Assembly (NCBI GenBank): GCA_016931295.1
Contig: JAFGEZ010000012.1
Span: forward strand, 6,100 to 70,099
Reading direction: 5' to 3'
DNA length: 64,000 nucleotides
Origin: Candidatus Krumholzibacteriota bacterium
Lineage (GTDB): Bacteria; Krumholzibacteriota; Krumholzibacteriia; Krumholzibacteriales; Krumholzibacteriaceae
Shown here: positions 8,836-18,912 of the stretch, in pieces
How the letters are laid out: each line of letters opens with the position of its first letter
How positions within the stretch are numbered: the stretch's first letter is position 1
Notes under the pieces: model-generated
What the model saw: the letters and a program-made list of their open reading frames with translations, nothing else
The model's database searches: none
Told to the model about the DNA's origin: nothing
Program-made: the position numbers and the translations under genes

Positions 8836-9735
8836 TCACATTTCCTCGAGCAGGTTTCCCTGGTTCGGCGCCGTGGCGACGCCGCGCAGCTGCGGGTAGA
8901 GCGCGATCAGCGAGGGCGGCACCTCCCGGCGGCGGTGTTCGAGCATCGCACGCAGCTGGACGGCGTTGACGAGCGCCTGGCCCCTGAAGTGGTTGTTGGC
9001 GACGATGAAGAGACGGTCGACGCGCGGGGCGACCGCGGCGGCGCGTTCGTGCCACCCGGACAGTTCCCCCTCGTCGTAGAGGTAGTCGTACCGCTCGTCC
9101 CGTGTCGACGAGGGATCGAACCAGTGCGCGCGGTTCCGTCCGTGCAGGCGGATGTAGCCGAGCCGGGGGGTCGTCGCGTGCGCGGTCGGCGGCATCGAAT
9201 CGCCGATGACCGGCTGGTCGATGTTGCAGAAGGCGAGATCACGGTCGGCGAGAAAGCCGGCGGTCTCGGGGTTGTTCCACGAGCCATGGCGCAGTTCGAC
9301 CGCGACGGGGCGGCCGGACAGGAGCGCTCCGAGACGGTCGAGGAGGTGGAGGTTGGCCGCGTCTCTCCGGAATGACCAGGGAAACTGCAGGAGCCAGGCG
9401 CCGATCCGGCCCGCCTCCTCGAGGGGCGAGAAGGCGTCGATGAACCGGCGCACGGCATCGTCGTCGGCCGTTCGCTCGTGGGTGATGGCGCGCCAGGCCT
9501 TCACCGTGAAGAGGAAACGGGGGAGATCGCCGATCCGTTCGACCCACCGCCGGACCATTTGCCTCCCCGGCACGCGGTAGAAGGAGCTGTTGAGCTCGAT
9601 GCAATCGACGTAGCGGGCGAGAAAGCGGAGACGGTCGATCGTCCGGGAGGCGGGATAGATCGGACCGATCCAGTCGGGATAGGACCAACCGGCGGTCCCG
9701 ATCCAGATCCGGTCGACGATCGGGGGAGACTCCAT
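8836..9735 (-). CDS. DUF72 (YecE-like) domain protein
   Basis: IGTAGWSYPDWIGPIYP and the DUF72 motifs that follow. 299 aa, typical size. Confidence 0.8.
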   Translation of the reverse strand: MESPPIVDRIWIGTAGWSYPDWIGPIYPASRTIDRLRFLARYVDCIELNSSFYRVPGRQMVRRWVERIGDLPRFLFTVKAWRAITHERTADDDAVRRFIDAFSPLEEAGRIGAWLLQFPWSFRRDAANLHLLDRLGALLSGRPVAVELRHGSWNNPETAGFLADRDLAFCNIDQPVIGDSMPPTAHATTPRLGYIRLHGRNRAHWFDPSSTRDERYDYLYDEGELSGWHERAAAVAPRVDRLFIVANNHFRGQALVNAVQLRAMLEHRRREVPPSLIALYPQLRGVATAPNQGNLLEEM

Positions 9736-9794
9736 GAGGGGATCATGGGCGATTTGAACTGGAAAATCAACGGGGATTGCGATATAACCGGGCC

Positions 9795-11306
9795 ATGACG
9801 ACGGGCGCAGACAGCGGGCGAGATCGCGCCGTGCTCGCCGCGATCACGATCGCGGCGGCGGCGCTGCGCCTGTTCCGCCTCGATGCGCAATCGATGTGGA
9901 CGGACGAGCTCCTCTCGGTGCACGCCTGGACGACGCCGCCGGGCGTTTCCTTCGCCGTCAAGCTCCTCTGGGACGTGCACGGCCCGCTCTATTCCCTGTT
10001 CATGCATTTCTGGAGCGCCGTCTCCACCGCTCCCGCCTGGCTTCGCCTGCCGAGCGCGGCGGCGGGCACGGCCGCCGTTCCCCTCGTCCACGCATGGCTG
10101 CTGCCGATCGGCGGCAGACGCGTCGCCCGCTACGCGGCGCTCTTCCTCGCCGTCAGCCCGTTCGCCCTCTACTACGCCCAGGAGGTCCGCTTCTATTCCT
10201 TTCTCCTCCTCGCGTCGATTCTCGCCCTCATCGTCTATCGCCGGTTCGTCGAGACCCCCTCGATCCGCCGCGGCGCGCTTCTCGGGTTGAGCCTCCTCGC
10301 GGCCTGCCTCTGCCATTTCTCGGCGGGATTCCTCTGTCTCGGGCTTCTCGTCCATCTCGCGGTCACCGGCCGCCTCCGCGGGCAGGCGCTCGGCGCGGCG
10401 GCCCTCGCCGGCCTGATCGTTCTCGCCGGGATCTCGCCGTGGATCTACCGGGAGGCGCAGTTCCTGAGGACGATCAGCGTGGTGAACGTGCAGACGATCC
10501 CTGTCGAGGAGCGGTACCGGGGCGAGCTGACGCTCAGCGCGTGGGCGTACCCGTACAGTCTCTACGCCTTTTCCGTGGGGTATTCGTTCGGGCCGGGACT
10601 CCGCGATCTGCACCGGATCGAGGGGGCGGGTGCGGTCTTCGCGGCACACCGGTGGGCCATCCTGACGGTCGTTTTCCTCTTCGGCGGGCTGCTCGCGAGC
10701 GGGATCGCCCGTGCCAGGCGAGGGCCGCTGACGCTCTTCCTCTCGATCGCCGGCGCCGCTTTCGCATCGATCCTCCTCCTCACGGTACTCAACGTCAAGA
10801 TCTTCAACGTCCGGTATCTCACCAGCGCCTTTCCGGTCTTCGTCGCCCTTCTCGCGTACGGCGCGCCGCGCCGGGCGGGGGCGGTCGCGGCAGGGCTCGT
10901 CTGCGCCTGCATGCTCGTCTCGGACGCGCAGTATTTCCTCATGCCCCGATACTGGCGGGATGATATCCGGGGAGCGGCCCGCATCGTCGAGGATGCCGGC
11001 CGCGAGGGAGACCTCGTGCTGCTGCCGGGGGTGAAGGACGTCTTCGACTTCTACTACGAGGGACCGGCCGACTCGCGCGGCCTCTACCCGGGCTATCCGG
11101 GCACCGACGAGCTCGCCGGCGAGGTCCGCGACCGGCTGAGCGCGGGGGGCAGGGTCTGGCTCGTCAGGACGCGGACGTGGGAGACCGATCCGGGAGACGC
11201 CTTCCTCGAAGCCCTCGAGGGGGCGGGCGTTTCCGCCCGCCGCGACAGTCTCCCCGGCGTCGAGGTCCTCAGGTTCGACCGGGAAACGGCCCGCGGGGGC
11301 GGTTGA
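9795..11306 (+). CDS. GT39/PMT_2-like polytopic membrane glycosyltransferase (dolichyl/polyprenyl-phosphate-mannose dependent family)
   Basis: About 12 TM helices. The N-terminal loop with DE motif (WTDELLSVH) is typical of PMT/ArnT-like GT-C enzymes. ORF track start TTG 9777; ATG 9795 preferred. Confidence 0.7.
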   Translation: MTTGADSGRDRAVLAAITIAAAALRLFRLDAQSMWTDELLSVHAWTTPPGVSFAVKLLWDVHGPLYSLFMHFWSAVSTAPAWLRLPSAAAGTAAVPLVHAWLLPIGGRRVARYAALFLAVSPFALYYAQEVRFYSFLLLASILALIVYRRFVETPSIRRGALLGLSLLAACLCHFSAGFLCLGLLVHLAVTGRLRGQALGAAALAGLIVLAGISPWIYREAQFLRTISVVNVQTIPVEERYRGELTLSAWAYPYSLYAFSVGYSFGPGLRDLHRIEGAGAVFAAHRWAILTVVFLFGGLLASGIARARRGPLTLFLSIAGAAFASILLLTVLNVKIFNVRYLTSAFPVFVALLAYGAPRRAGAVAAGLVCACMLVSDAQYFLMPRYWRDDIRGAARIVEDAGREGDLVLLPGVKDVFDFYYEGPADSRGLYPGYPGTDELAGEVRDRLSAGGRVWLVRTRTWETDPGDAFLEALEGAGVSARRDSLPGVEVLRFDRETARGGG

Positions 11307-11409
11307 CAGCCGTCCGAAGCGGGATATACTCCTTACAGAAGCTCGAATTCACCGCGGGGAGGCTCGCATGGCCGGAACGTGCCCCGATCGGGAAGGTGAT
11401 GTCGCCGCG

Positions 11410-11440
11410 CCACGACGACGGGGTCGTCGTGGTGTTTTTT
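11410..11440 (+). terminator. Rho-independent terminator downstream of the GT39-like gene
   Basis: Perfect 10-bp GC-rich stem CCACGACGAC/GTCGTCGTGG with a GGG loop, followed by TGTTTTTT. Confidence 0.65.
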
Positions 11441-11489
11441 CGCCCGACGGGAAAAAGGACCGCGCGGGTCCCGGAACGGGAGGCGGGAC

Positions 11490-11939
11490 ATGCTACGGAC
11501 ATCGATTCTGACAGTGCTTCTCGCGTCGATCGTCACGGGTTGCGGATGCGCGGGGATGTCGACCGTCGAGCGCGAGTATCTCACCGAACCGGCATCGAGG
11601 GAACAGTACCTCGTCGACCATCCGGGCTGCGCGTTCATCCGCCACATCAGGAACGGCGAGATCGTGCGGGGAATGGTCTTCGACGAGGTGATGGCCTCCT
11701 GGGGGCTGCCGAACGTCTACATGGCCTCCGAGGGCACGCCGAGGGAATACTGGATCTACTACGTACAGGGGGAGGATACGCGTTCGATCCTCATCTATAC
11801 GCTGCTCTTCCACGATTCGTGCCTCGAGCAATGGGAGATCGACCAGAAGCGCTTCGCAGACACGCGCATCGTCTCGGGGGGCGAGGCGCAAGGGATGGAA
11901 CGCGTCAACACGCTGTACCTGGACAGGAAACGCCGGTAA
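11490..11939 (+). CDS. hypothetical lipoprotein
   Basis: Signal peptide with lipobox (LLASIVTGCGC). gggaggcggga RBS. 149 aa. Confidence 0.6.
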   Translation: MLRTSILTVLLASIVTGCGCAGMSTVEREYLTEPASREQYLVDHPGCAFIRHIRNGEIVRGMVFDEVMASWGLPNVYMASEGTPREYWIYYVQGEDTRSILIYTLLFHDSCLEQWEIDQKRFADTRIVSGGEAQGMERVNTLYLDRKRR

Positions 11940-12027
11940 CGGCGGGGCGCCCGAACCAGACGAAACGTGAGAGAAGGGGTGTATCGATGGAGTCCGTCGG
12001 GCGCCCCCGCCTTCGGATGATTTCCAT

Positions 12028-12056
12028 TTGACTTCCCCGCCCGCCTTCACTATGCT
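12028..12056 (+). promoter_or_regulatory. sigma70-like promoter upstream of hsp20-lon (TTGACT-17-TATGCT)
   Basis: -35 TTGACT at 12028-12033, 17-nt spacer, -10 TATGCT at 12051-12056, about 75 nt upstream of the Hsp20 start. Confidence 0.45.
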
Positions 12057-12130
12057 AAACACCGAAAATCCATGAAGATACTTCACGGGCGCCCTCGATG
12101 TCGCCGACGGGACGCGCCGGACGGGTGCAG

Positions 12131-12539
12131 CATGAAGAAACGACCGGAATTCATCGACGGTTTCGGAGCCGGCCGGGAGGGACGGCGGCGCGTGAAACTC
12201 CCCGCGGATCTCGCCTGGGAACCGGCCGTCGACATCTGCGAATCGGCGGACGAGGTGATCCTCTCCTTCGAGATCGCCGGGATGGATCCCGAACGGATCT
12301 CCGTCGAGGTCGACGGACGGATCCTCCGGATCGACGGGTTCAGGGAGAACGCCTGCCCGGCCGGCGAATTGCATTTCCACACGCTCGAGATCCGCATGGG
12401 GCGGTTCCGCAGGGAGATCGCCTTGCCCGTGTCGGTCGATCCCTCGAAGACGAATGCGCGGTACCGGAACGGGATGCTCGAGATACGGATACGGAAGCTC
12501 GATTCGAACGAGCGGGTGAGGAACGTCCCTGTGGAATAG
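12131..12539 (+). CDS. Hsp20/alpha-crystallin family small heat shock protein
   Basis: ACD motifs (LPADLAWEPAVDICESADEVILSFEIAGMDPERISVEV...GMLEIRI). Start taken at MKKRPEF. The upstream Met at 12072 is also possible. Confidence 0.8.
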
Positions 12540-12559
12540 GGCGTGAAGAAAGGCGAGGC

Positions 12560-14950
12560 GTGTCCGAGACGCATCCCGACAACGAGCTGATCGCGCGGAT
12601 ACCGGCCGAAGTGCCCGTCATCCCGATCAACGACGGCGTCGTCTTTCCCTACATGCTCGTTCCGCTCGTCTTGACCGACGAGCACCTGATCAGGCTCGTC
12701 GACGAGGCGCTGGCCGGATCGAAGATCGTCGGCGTCTTCACCCAGCGCAACCGCGACACCGAGCATCCGGGGCCGGGGGACATCTACCACACCGGCTGCG
12801 CCATGCTGATACAGAAGATGGCGCGGTTCCAGGACGGCCAGGTGCGGATACTCGGCCAGGGGATCGCGCGCGTGGAGATCGTCGAGATGACCGACGACAC
12901 GCCCTTCATGCGCGCGCGGGTGCGCGTCGTCCATGAGCCCGACCGAGTCTCCGACAGGACGAAGGCGATCACCAGGAACGCGACGAATGCGTTTCTCGAG
13001 GTCGTCGACGCGTCGGAGAACTACCCGGAGGAGATCAAGGGGCTCGTCCAGGGCATCAAGGACCCGGGCCGTCTCGCCGACATGCTCGCGGCGAACCTCG
13101 AGATCGGTATCGAGGAGAAGCAGCACATCCTCGAGCTCCACGATCCCGGCGAACGGATCGCGCACGTCTACGAATTCATCTCCGGGGAACTGGAGATCGC
13201 CCGCATCGGCGAGAAGATCAGGCACAACGTCCGGCAGGAGATGGACAAGGAACAGCGCGAGTACTATCTCCGGCAGCAGATCAAGGCTATCAGGAAGGAG
13301 CTCGGCGAGGAGGACGCGGCGGTCGAGCTCGACGAGCTGAAGACGGAGATCGACGAGACGCCGATGCCGGCGACGGCCCGCGAGGCGGCGCTCAAGGAAT
13401 GGCGGCGTCTCCGGAAGATGTCGACGAACTCCGCCGAGTACACCGTCGCACGCACCTATCTCGGCTGGCTGCTCGATCTGCCGTGGGAGGTGTCGACGGA
13501 GGACGCGATCGACATCCGCAAGGCGGCGAGGATACTCGACCGCGACCACTACGATCTCGCCGTGCCGAAGGAGCGGATCCTCGAGTTCCTCTCCGTGAAG
13601 ACGCTCAGCAAGAGTCTCCGCGGCTCGATACTCTGCTTCGTCGGTCCGCCGGGTGTCGGCAAGACGTCCTTCGGGCGATCCATCGCCCGGGCGATGGGAA
13701 GGCGGTTCGTGCGGATCTCCCTCGGGGGGATCCGCGACGAGGCGGAGATCCGCGGACACCGGCGCACGTACATCGGCGCCCTTCCCGGCAGGATCATCCA
13801 GGGGATCCGGACGGCGGGAAGCAACAACCCCGTCTTCATGCTCGACGAGATCGACAAGCTCGGGCACGATTTCCGCGGCGATCCCGCCTCGGCCCTTCTC
13901 GAGGTGCTCGACCCGGAGCAGAACCACAGCTTCGAGGACAATTACATCAACACGCCGTTCGACCTGTCGCGGACGATGTTCATCACGACGGCGAACGTGA
14001 CGCACACGATCCCCGGACCGCTCCTCGACCGGATGGAGATCATCGAGCTTCCCGGCTACATCACGCGCGAGAAGGTGCAGATCGCCAGGAGATTCCTCGT
14101 GCCGAGGCAGCTCGAGGAGAACGGCGTGCCCGTGAAGAAACTCGCCTTCTCAGACGGGGCGATCGCCGCGCTCGTCGAGCGGTACACGCGGGAGGCGGGC
14201 GTCCGCAATCTCGACCGGCGCATCGCGTCGGTCGCGCGGAAGGTCGCCCGCAGGATCGTCGAGGGAAAACGGGGCTCCTGGCGGGTCACGCCGCGGAACC
14301 TCACGTCCTACATCGGATCGGCGGACCACGTGGCACAGGAAAAGCTCAAGCAACCGACGGTCGGCGTGTCCACGGGGATGGCGAAGACGGCGACGGGGGG
14401 AGTGATCCTCTTCGTCGAGGCCCTCGGCGTGAAGGGCCACGGCGCGACGAAGCTGACGGGGCAGCTCGGCGACGTGATGAAGGAATCGGCCGAGGCGGCG
14501 ATGAGCTTCATCCGGGCGCACTACAGCCATTGCCTCAGGGACGACGGCTTCTTCGAGAACACCGATATCCACCTGCATATCCCCGCCGGGGCCGTTCCGA
14601 AGGACGGGCCCAGCGCGGGCGTCGCCATCGCGACGGCGATCGCGTCGCTCGCTCTCGACGATGCGATCCGCGACGACGTCGCGATGACGGGGGAGATCAC
14701 CCTCACGGGAAAGGTTCTTCCCGTCGGCGCGATCAGGGACAAGGTGATCGCGGCCCACCGGGCGGGGATCAGGGAGGTCATCCTTCCGGCGGCGAACCGC
14801 AACGACGTCGAGGACGTGCCGAGGGAGGTCACCCGCGATGTGCGGTTCCGGTTCATCGAGCGGGTCGACGACTGCATCGCGGCCGCGCTCACGGGGTCTG
14901 GATGCGGACGGCGGCCACGGAGGAGGAGACGGGCTGATGACCGATCGTGA
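12560..14950 (+). CDS. lon: ATP-dependent Lon protease
   Basis: LON N-domain, Walker A GPPGVGKTS, protease Ser site DGPSAGVAIA and Lys. The ORF track merges it with upstream out-of-frame sequence (12098). True start is GTG 12560 (VSETHPDNELIARIP), with a gaaaggcgagg RBS, 21 nt after the Hsp20 stop. Confidence 0.9.
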   Translation: MSETHPDNELIARIPAEVPVIPINDGVVFPYMLVPLVLTDEHLIRLVDEALAGSKIVGVFTQRNRDTEHPGPGDIYHTGCAMLIQKMARFQDGQVRILGQGIARVEIVEMTDDTPFMRARVRVVHEPDRVSDRTKAITRNATNAFLEVVDASENYPEEIKGLVQGIKDPGRLADMLAANLEIGIEEKQHILELHDPGERIAHVYEFISGELEIARIGEKIRHNVRQEMDKEQREYYLRQQIKAIRKELGEEDAAVELDELKTEIDETPMPATAREAALKEWRRLRKMSTNSAEYTVARTYLGWLLDLPWEVSTEDAIDIRKAARILDRDHYDLAVPKERILEFLSVKTLSKSLRGSILCFVGPPGVGKTSFGRSIARAMGRRFVRISLGGIRDEAEIRGHRRTYIGALPGRIIQGIRTAGSNNPVFMLDEIDKLGHDFRGDPASALLEVLDPEQNHSFEDNYINTPFDLSRTMFITTANVTHTIPGPLLDRMEIIELPGYITREKVQIARRFLVPRQLEENGVPVKKLAFSDGAIAALVERYTREAGVRNLDRRIASVARKVARRIVEGKRGSWRVTPRNLTSYIGSADHVAQEKLKQPTVGVSTGMAKTATGGVILFVEALGVKGHGATKLTGQLGDVMKESAEAAMSFIRAHYSHCLRDDGFFENTDIHLHIPAGAVPKDGPSAGVAIATAIASLALDDAIRDDVAMTGEITLTGKVLPVGAIRDKVIAAHRAGIREVILPAANRNDVEDVPREVTRDVRFRFIERVDDCIAAALTGSGCGRRPRRRRRADDRS

Positions 14951-16025
14951 TTCCGGGCGACATGTCGTGCCCCGGATGTTTTCCTTCATGATGAGGAAGG
15001 CGGACCGCGGGAAGGCGTTCGCGCTCCCCGCCGGCGTCGCCGAGGGACGGCTGCTCGTCGTCGGCTCGGGAGACGTCACCGACCTGCTCTTCGCCGCTCC
15101 CCTGGTCAATTTCTTCAAGCGGCGCTTTCCCGCGGTGAAGATCACCGTGCTCGCCGAGACGGCGAACGCGGCGATCGTCAGGGAGACGATGAAGGCCGAC
15201 AACCTGATCAGCGTGGAGAGCGGGCAGCTCAGGCTCTACCGGGGGGACTATCTCGCGCTCGTCAGGAAACTGCGGAAGCAAGACTACCGCACGGCGCTCC
15301 TGCTCGGCAGGGGCTTCTCGCTCGAGCGGGCGATGCTCGCCTTCGCGTCGGGCGCCGACATCCGCATCGGCTTCGACAGCCCGGCGGCGTCGCCGTTCGT
15401 CAACTGCGAGATCAGACTCTCCCCGGACGGTTACGAGGGCAACAAGATCCGCCGCGTCCTCGAGTCGATCGGCATCCCCCGAAATGACGACCTGCCGCCG
15501 GTGACCATCACGCAGCATGCCCGGGCGCACGCGAAGCAACTGATCCATTTCCGGAAGCCCGAGCGCGACACGCTCACCGTCGGACTCGATCCCGGCCGCG
15601 GCAAGAGCCGCCATCGCGTGATCAGCGAGATCGTCGCCTACCTCGCGAACAACCTCGCCGGACGCAGGAAGGCGAAATTCCTCATCCTCACCTTTCCCTG
15701 GGACGCAAGGATGGTGCAGCGGTTCGCCGCCGAGCTGAAAGGGGAGACGATCGATCTCGTGCCGGCGGACGCGGCCGAGACGATCGCCTATCTCTCCCAG
15801 TGCGACCTGTTCATCTCGGGCAATACCGACCTGTTCCATTTCGCGGCCGCCCTCGGCGTGCCGACGGTGGGTCTCTTCACCCGGTTCGACGGCGGGCGCT
15901 GGGTTCCCGGCGACGCCCCGAATGTCCGCATCTTCAAGGGAACGAGAGGCGAGAAGCTCTCGCTGAACCGGTTCTTCACGATGGTCGAAGAGGTGTTGTC
16001 CTCGGGAGCGGCCGTCTCGATCTGA
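14937..16025 (+). CDS. glycosyltransferase family 9 (LPS heptosyltransferase-like)
   Basis: GT9 fold motifs. Strong ggaggagg RBS before ATG 14937. Overlaps the Lon 3' end by 14 nt. Confidence 0.75.
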   Translation: MTDRDSGRHVVPRMFSFMMRKADRGKAFALPAGVAEGRLLVVGSGDVTDLLFAAPLVNFFKRRFPAVKITVLAETANAAIVRETMKADNLISVESGQLRLYRGDYLALVRKLRKQDYRTALLLGRGFSLERAMLAFASGADIRIGFDSPAASPFVNCEIRLSPDGYEGNKIRRVLESIGIPRNDDLPPVTITQHARAHAKQLIHFRKPERDTLTVGLDPGRGKSRHRVISEIVAYLANNLAGRRKAKFLILTFPWDARMVQRFAAELKGETIDLVPADAAETIAYLSQCDLFISGNTDLFHFAAALGVPTVGLFTRFDGGRWVPGDAPNVRIFKGTRGEKLSLNRFFTMVEEVLSSGAAVSI

Positions 16026-16049
16026 GCGTCTCCGAGCGAGAGGTCTTTC

Positions 16050-17915
16050 ATGCCGGAACAGCGTCCCGGACGTCTCTACATCAAACTCTTGCGTTATCTG
16101 GGACCGCACTGGAAACGCCTCGTCGTGCTCTTCGTCTGCACGACCGTCTTCGCCTCCCTGAGCGGGGTCTCGCTCACGCTGATTCCGCCCTTTCTCAACA
16201 TCCTCTTCGGGACGGAGCCGGCGATCGAGCAGACGACCGGGGAGCCGGGGGCGGAGAAAGCGGCCGACCGACTCGTGCCCGACGCCGTCGAAAGCCGGCT
16301 CGACCACCTGAAACAGGCGGCCCGGCGCTTCGTCTACTCCGGCACGCAGACCGAGCGACTCGCCAGGTTCTGCATCATCTTCTTCCTGCTCATGGTGGCG
16401 AAGAACCTCTTCGGCTACGTGGGGACCTATCTCACGCTCTGGCTCGAGCAGTCGATCCTGCGGACGATACGAAACGATCTCTACGGCAGGATACAGGCGC
16501 TGCCGATGGCCTTCTTCGACCTCCAGCGGACGGGCCACCTGATCTCGCGGATCACGAACGACGTGACGAGCCTGCGGGGCGTCGTCGTCGGGGGGCTCGC
16601 CTCCATCGTCAGGAACACCCTGATGACGGCGATCGCCGTGGCGATCATCTTCTACACCTCCTGGCGCCTGGCGTTGCTGACGATCGTGCTCGTGCCGGTG
16701 AACATCGGTCTCATCGCGATCATCGGGCGCAAGCTCCGCAAGGGAAGCCGCCGCGCGCAGGAGAGCATGGCCGACATGACGGCGACGCTGCAGGAGACGA
16801 TCTCGGGGGTCCGGGTGGTCAAGGCCTTCGGCATGGAGGGCTTCGAGCGGGAGAAGTTCGCATTCTTCAACCGGAAATACTGGCGCGAGTATCTCAAGAT
16901 GCGGCGCTTCGCGGAACTCGCCTCGCCGACGAGCGAGACGCTCGGCATGCTCGCGGCCGTCGTCATACTCTGGTACGGGGGGAAGCTCGTCATCGCCGGC
17001 GGCATCGAACCGGCCAACCTCATGATGTTCATCGGGGCGATGCTCTGGGTCGTCACCCCGATCAAGAACCTCTCGAAGCTGAACAGCGTCATCCAGGAAG
17101 GCCTCGCCTCCGCCGCTCGCGTCTTCGAGATCCTCGAATACGAGACGGAAGACGGCGAGGACGGCGCCCGCGAGATCGGGGGCGTCTCGGAGGAAATCGA
17201 GTACCGGGACGTCTGCTTTTCCTACGGGGAGGGGACGCCGGTGCTGCGGGACGTGAGCTTCCGGGTTCGCCGGGGCGAGGTCGTCGCCCTCGTCGGCGCG
17301 AGCGGCGCGGGCAAGTCGACCGTCGCCGACCTGCTTCCCCGGTTCTACCGCCCGACGTCGGGTCGCGTGCTGATCGACGGGATCGACATCGCCGATGCCC
17401 GTCTCGCATCGCTCAGGTCGTTCATGGGGATCGTCACGCAGGAGACGATCCTCTTCAACGACACGGTGTTCAACAACATCGCCTACGGGGTCTCCTCCTG
17501 CCCGCGGGCCGACGTCGAGCGGGCCGCGCGCGCCGCCAACGCGCACGAATTCATCGAGGCGATGCCCTGCGGCTACGACACCGTCATCGGCGACCGCGGC
17601 ATCCAGCTGTCCGGCGGCCAGCGGCAGCGCCTCGCGATCGCCCGGGCGCTGCTCAAGGATCCGCAGCTTCTGATTCTCGACGAGGCCACGAGCTCGCTGG
17701 ACGTCGAGAGCGAGGCGCTCGTCCAGGAGGCGATCGACCGTCTCGTCAGGGGCAGGACGACGCTCGTCATCGCGCATCGACTCTCGACGATCAAGAATGC
17801 CGACCGGATCGTCGTTCTCGAAGATGGCCGCATCAAGCAGGTCGGCACGCACGAGGAGCTGATCGGTGCGGACGGGATATATCGCAAGCTCTACCGACTG
17901 CAGACCGGGGCGTGA
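16050..17915 (+). CDS. msbA: ABC exporter, fused permease/ATPase, MsbA-like lipid A/LPS-precursor flippase
   Basis: Six TM helices plus NBD. Walker A GASGAGKST, LSGGQRQRLAIARAL, ILDEATSSLD. Located inside the LPS core cluster. Confidence 0.8.
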   Translation: MPEQRPGRLYIKLLRYLGPHWKRLVVLFVCTTVFASLSGVSLTLIPPFLNILFGTEPAIEQTTGEPGAEKAADRLVPDAVESRLDHLKQAARRFVYSGTQTERLARFCIIFFLLMVAKNLFGYVGTYLTLWLEQSILRTIRNDLYGRIQALPMAFFDLQRTGHLISRITNDVTSLRGVVVGGLASIVRNTLMTAIAVAIIFYTSWRLALLTIVLVPVNIGLIAIIGRKLRKGSRRAQESMADMTATLQETISGVRVVKAFGMEGFEREKFAFFNRKYWREYLKMRRFAELASPTSETLGMLAAVVILWYGGKLVIAGGIEPANLMMFIGAMLWVVTPIKNLSKLNSVIQEGLASAARVFEILEYETEDGEDGAREIGGVSEEIEYRDVCFSYGEGTPVLRDVSFRVRRGEVVALVGASGAGKSTVADLLPRFYRPTSGRVLIDGIDIADARLASLRSFMGIVTQETILFNDTVFNNIAYGVSSCPRADVERAARAANAHEFIEAMPCGYDTVIGDRGIQLSGGQRQRLAIARALLKDPQLLILDEATSSLDVESEALVQEAIDRLVRGRTTLVIAHRLSTIKNADRIVVLEDGRIKQVGTHEELIGADGIYRKLYRLQTGA

Positions 17916-17928
17916 CGGGATCCTGGTG

Positions 17929-18912
17929 ATGGCGCCGAACTGGCTCGGGGACGCCGTGATGGCCACGCCGATTCTCGCCGTCCTCCAGGAGACCGGAAAC
18001 GGGCGATCCGTCACGGTCGGCTGCCGCTCATACGTCTCGGAGATCTTCCGCCGCCATCCGGCAATCGACCGGATGATCGTCTACGACGGAGACGGCAAGC
18101 TGTCCGGGGCCGCGAGGGCGCTTCGGCGCGGACGACCGGCGAACGGATGGAGCAACTGCATCGTGCTGCCCCCCTCCTTCGCGGCGGCGCTCGCGGCCAG
18201 GCTCTGCGGCGCCGGGGGCCGGGTCGGGTTCGGCGGCGCGGGGCGCTCCCTGCTTCTTTCCCGGGCGGTCGGGAAAACCGATCGGGGCGAGCATCTCTCC
18301 AGGTCCTACGTCCGCCTCGCGGAGGCGGCGACGGGAAGGAGGGCGCGAAAGATACCGCTTCCCGTCGTCGTGCCGCCCGAGGACTGGCGTGCGACGGTCG
18401 CGCGGAACGGGCTCGACAGGCCGTATCTCGCCGTGGCGGCGGGCGCGGCCTACGGATCCGCGAAGCGCTGGCCGGTGAAGCGGTTCGCGGCGGTCGCGGC
18501 GCGCGCCGCCACGCGGGGATTCGTCGCTGTCGCGCTCGGCACCGCGGGGGACGCGGAGGCGCTCGACGCGATCGCCGCCGCGGGCGGCGGGACGAGCCTC
18601 GCCGGAACGCTCGACGCGGCGGGGCTGGTCGCCGTGCTGCGGGGCGCCGCGTGCGTGCTCGGAAACGACAGCGGCCCCGTGCATATCGCCGCGGCGATGG
18701 GGCGGCCGACCGTCGCCGTCTTCGGCTCGACGAGCCCCGCATGGACGGCGCCGCGGGGGAGACGAGCCCGTGTCGTACGGGCCGATCTCGAGTGCTCCCC
18801 CTGCTTCCGGCGGGAATGTCCCGACGGCGAACCCGCCTGCCTCGACTCGATCTCCGTCGACGAGGTCGCCGGGGCGGTCGACGCGGCGATCGAGGAGGAT
18901 ACGGATGAGTGA
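17929..18912 (+). CDS. GT9 ADP-heptose:LPS heptosyltransferase (WaaF/WaaC-like)
   Basis: MAPNWLGDAVMATPIL N-terminus is typical of heptosyltransferases I/II. Confidence 0.75.
   Translation: MAPNWLGDAVMATPILAVLQETGNGRSVTVGCRSYVSEIFRRHPAIDRMIVYDGDGKLSGAARALRRGRPANGWSNCIVLPPSFAAALAARLCGAGGRVGFGGAGRSLLLSRAVGKTDRGEHLSRSYVRLAEAATGRRARKIPLPVVVPPEDWRATVARNGLDRPYLAVAAGAAYGSAKRWPVKRFAAVAARAATRGFVAVALGTAGDAEALDAIAAAGGGTSLAGTLDAAGLVAVLRGAACVLGNDSGPVHIAAAMGRPTVAVFGSTSPAWTAPRGRRARVVRADLECSPCFRRECPDGEPACLDSISVDEVAGAVDAAIEEDTDE

Noticed and set aside
12098-14950. 950-aa ORF suggesting a single giant Hsp20-Lon fusion
   Set aside because: Hsp20 (12131..12539) is in a different frame. The first 154 codons of the 950-aa ORF are off-gene. 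Lon starts at GTG 12560 with its own RBS.
14889-18014. 1041-aa minus-strand ORF spanning the GT9/msbA region
   Set aside because: Antisense to three well-supported plus-strand genes (GT9, MsbA-like, GT9). Composition is Arg/Asp/Glu/Gly-rich junk with no domain motifs.
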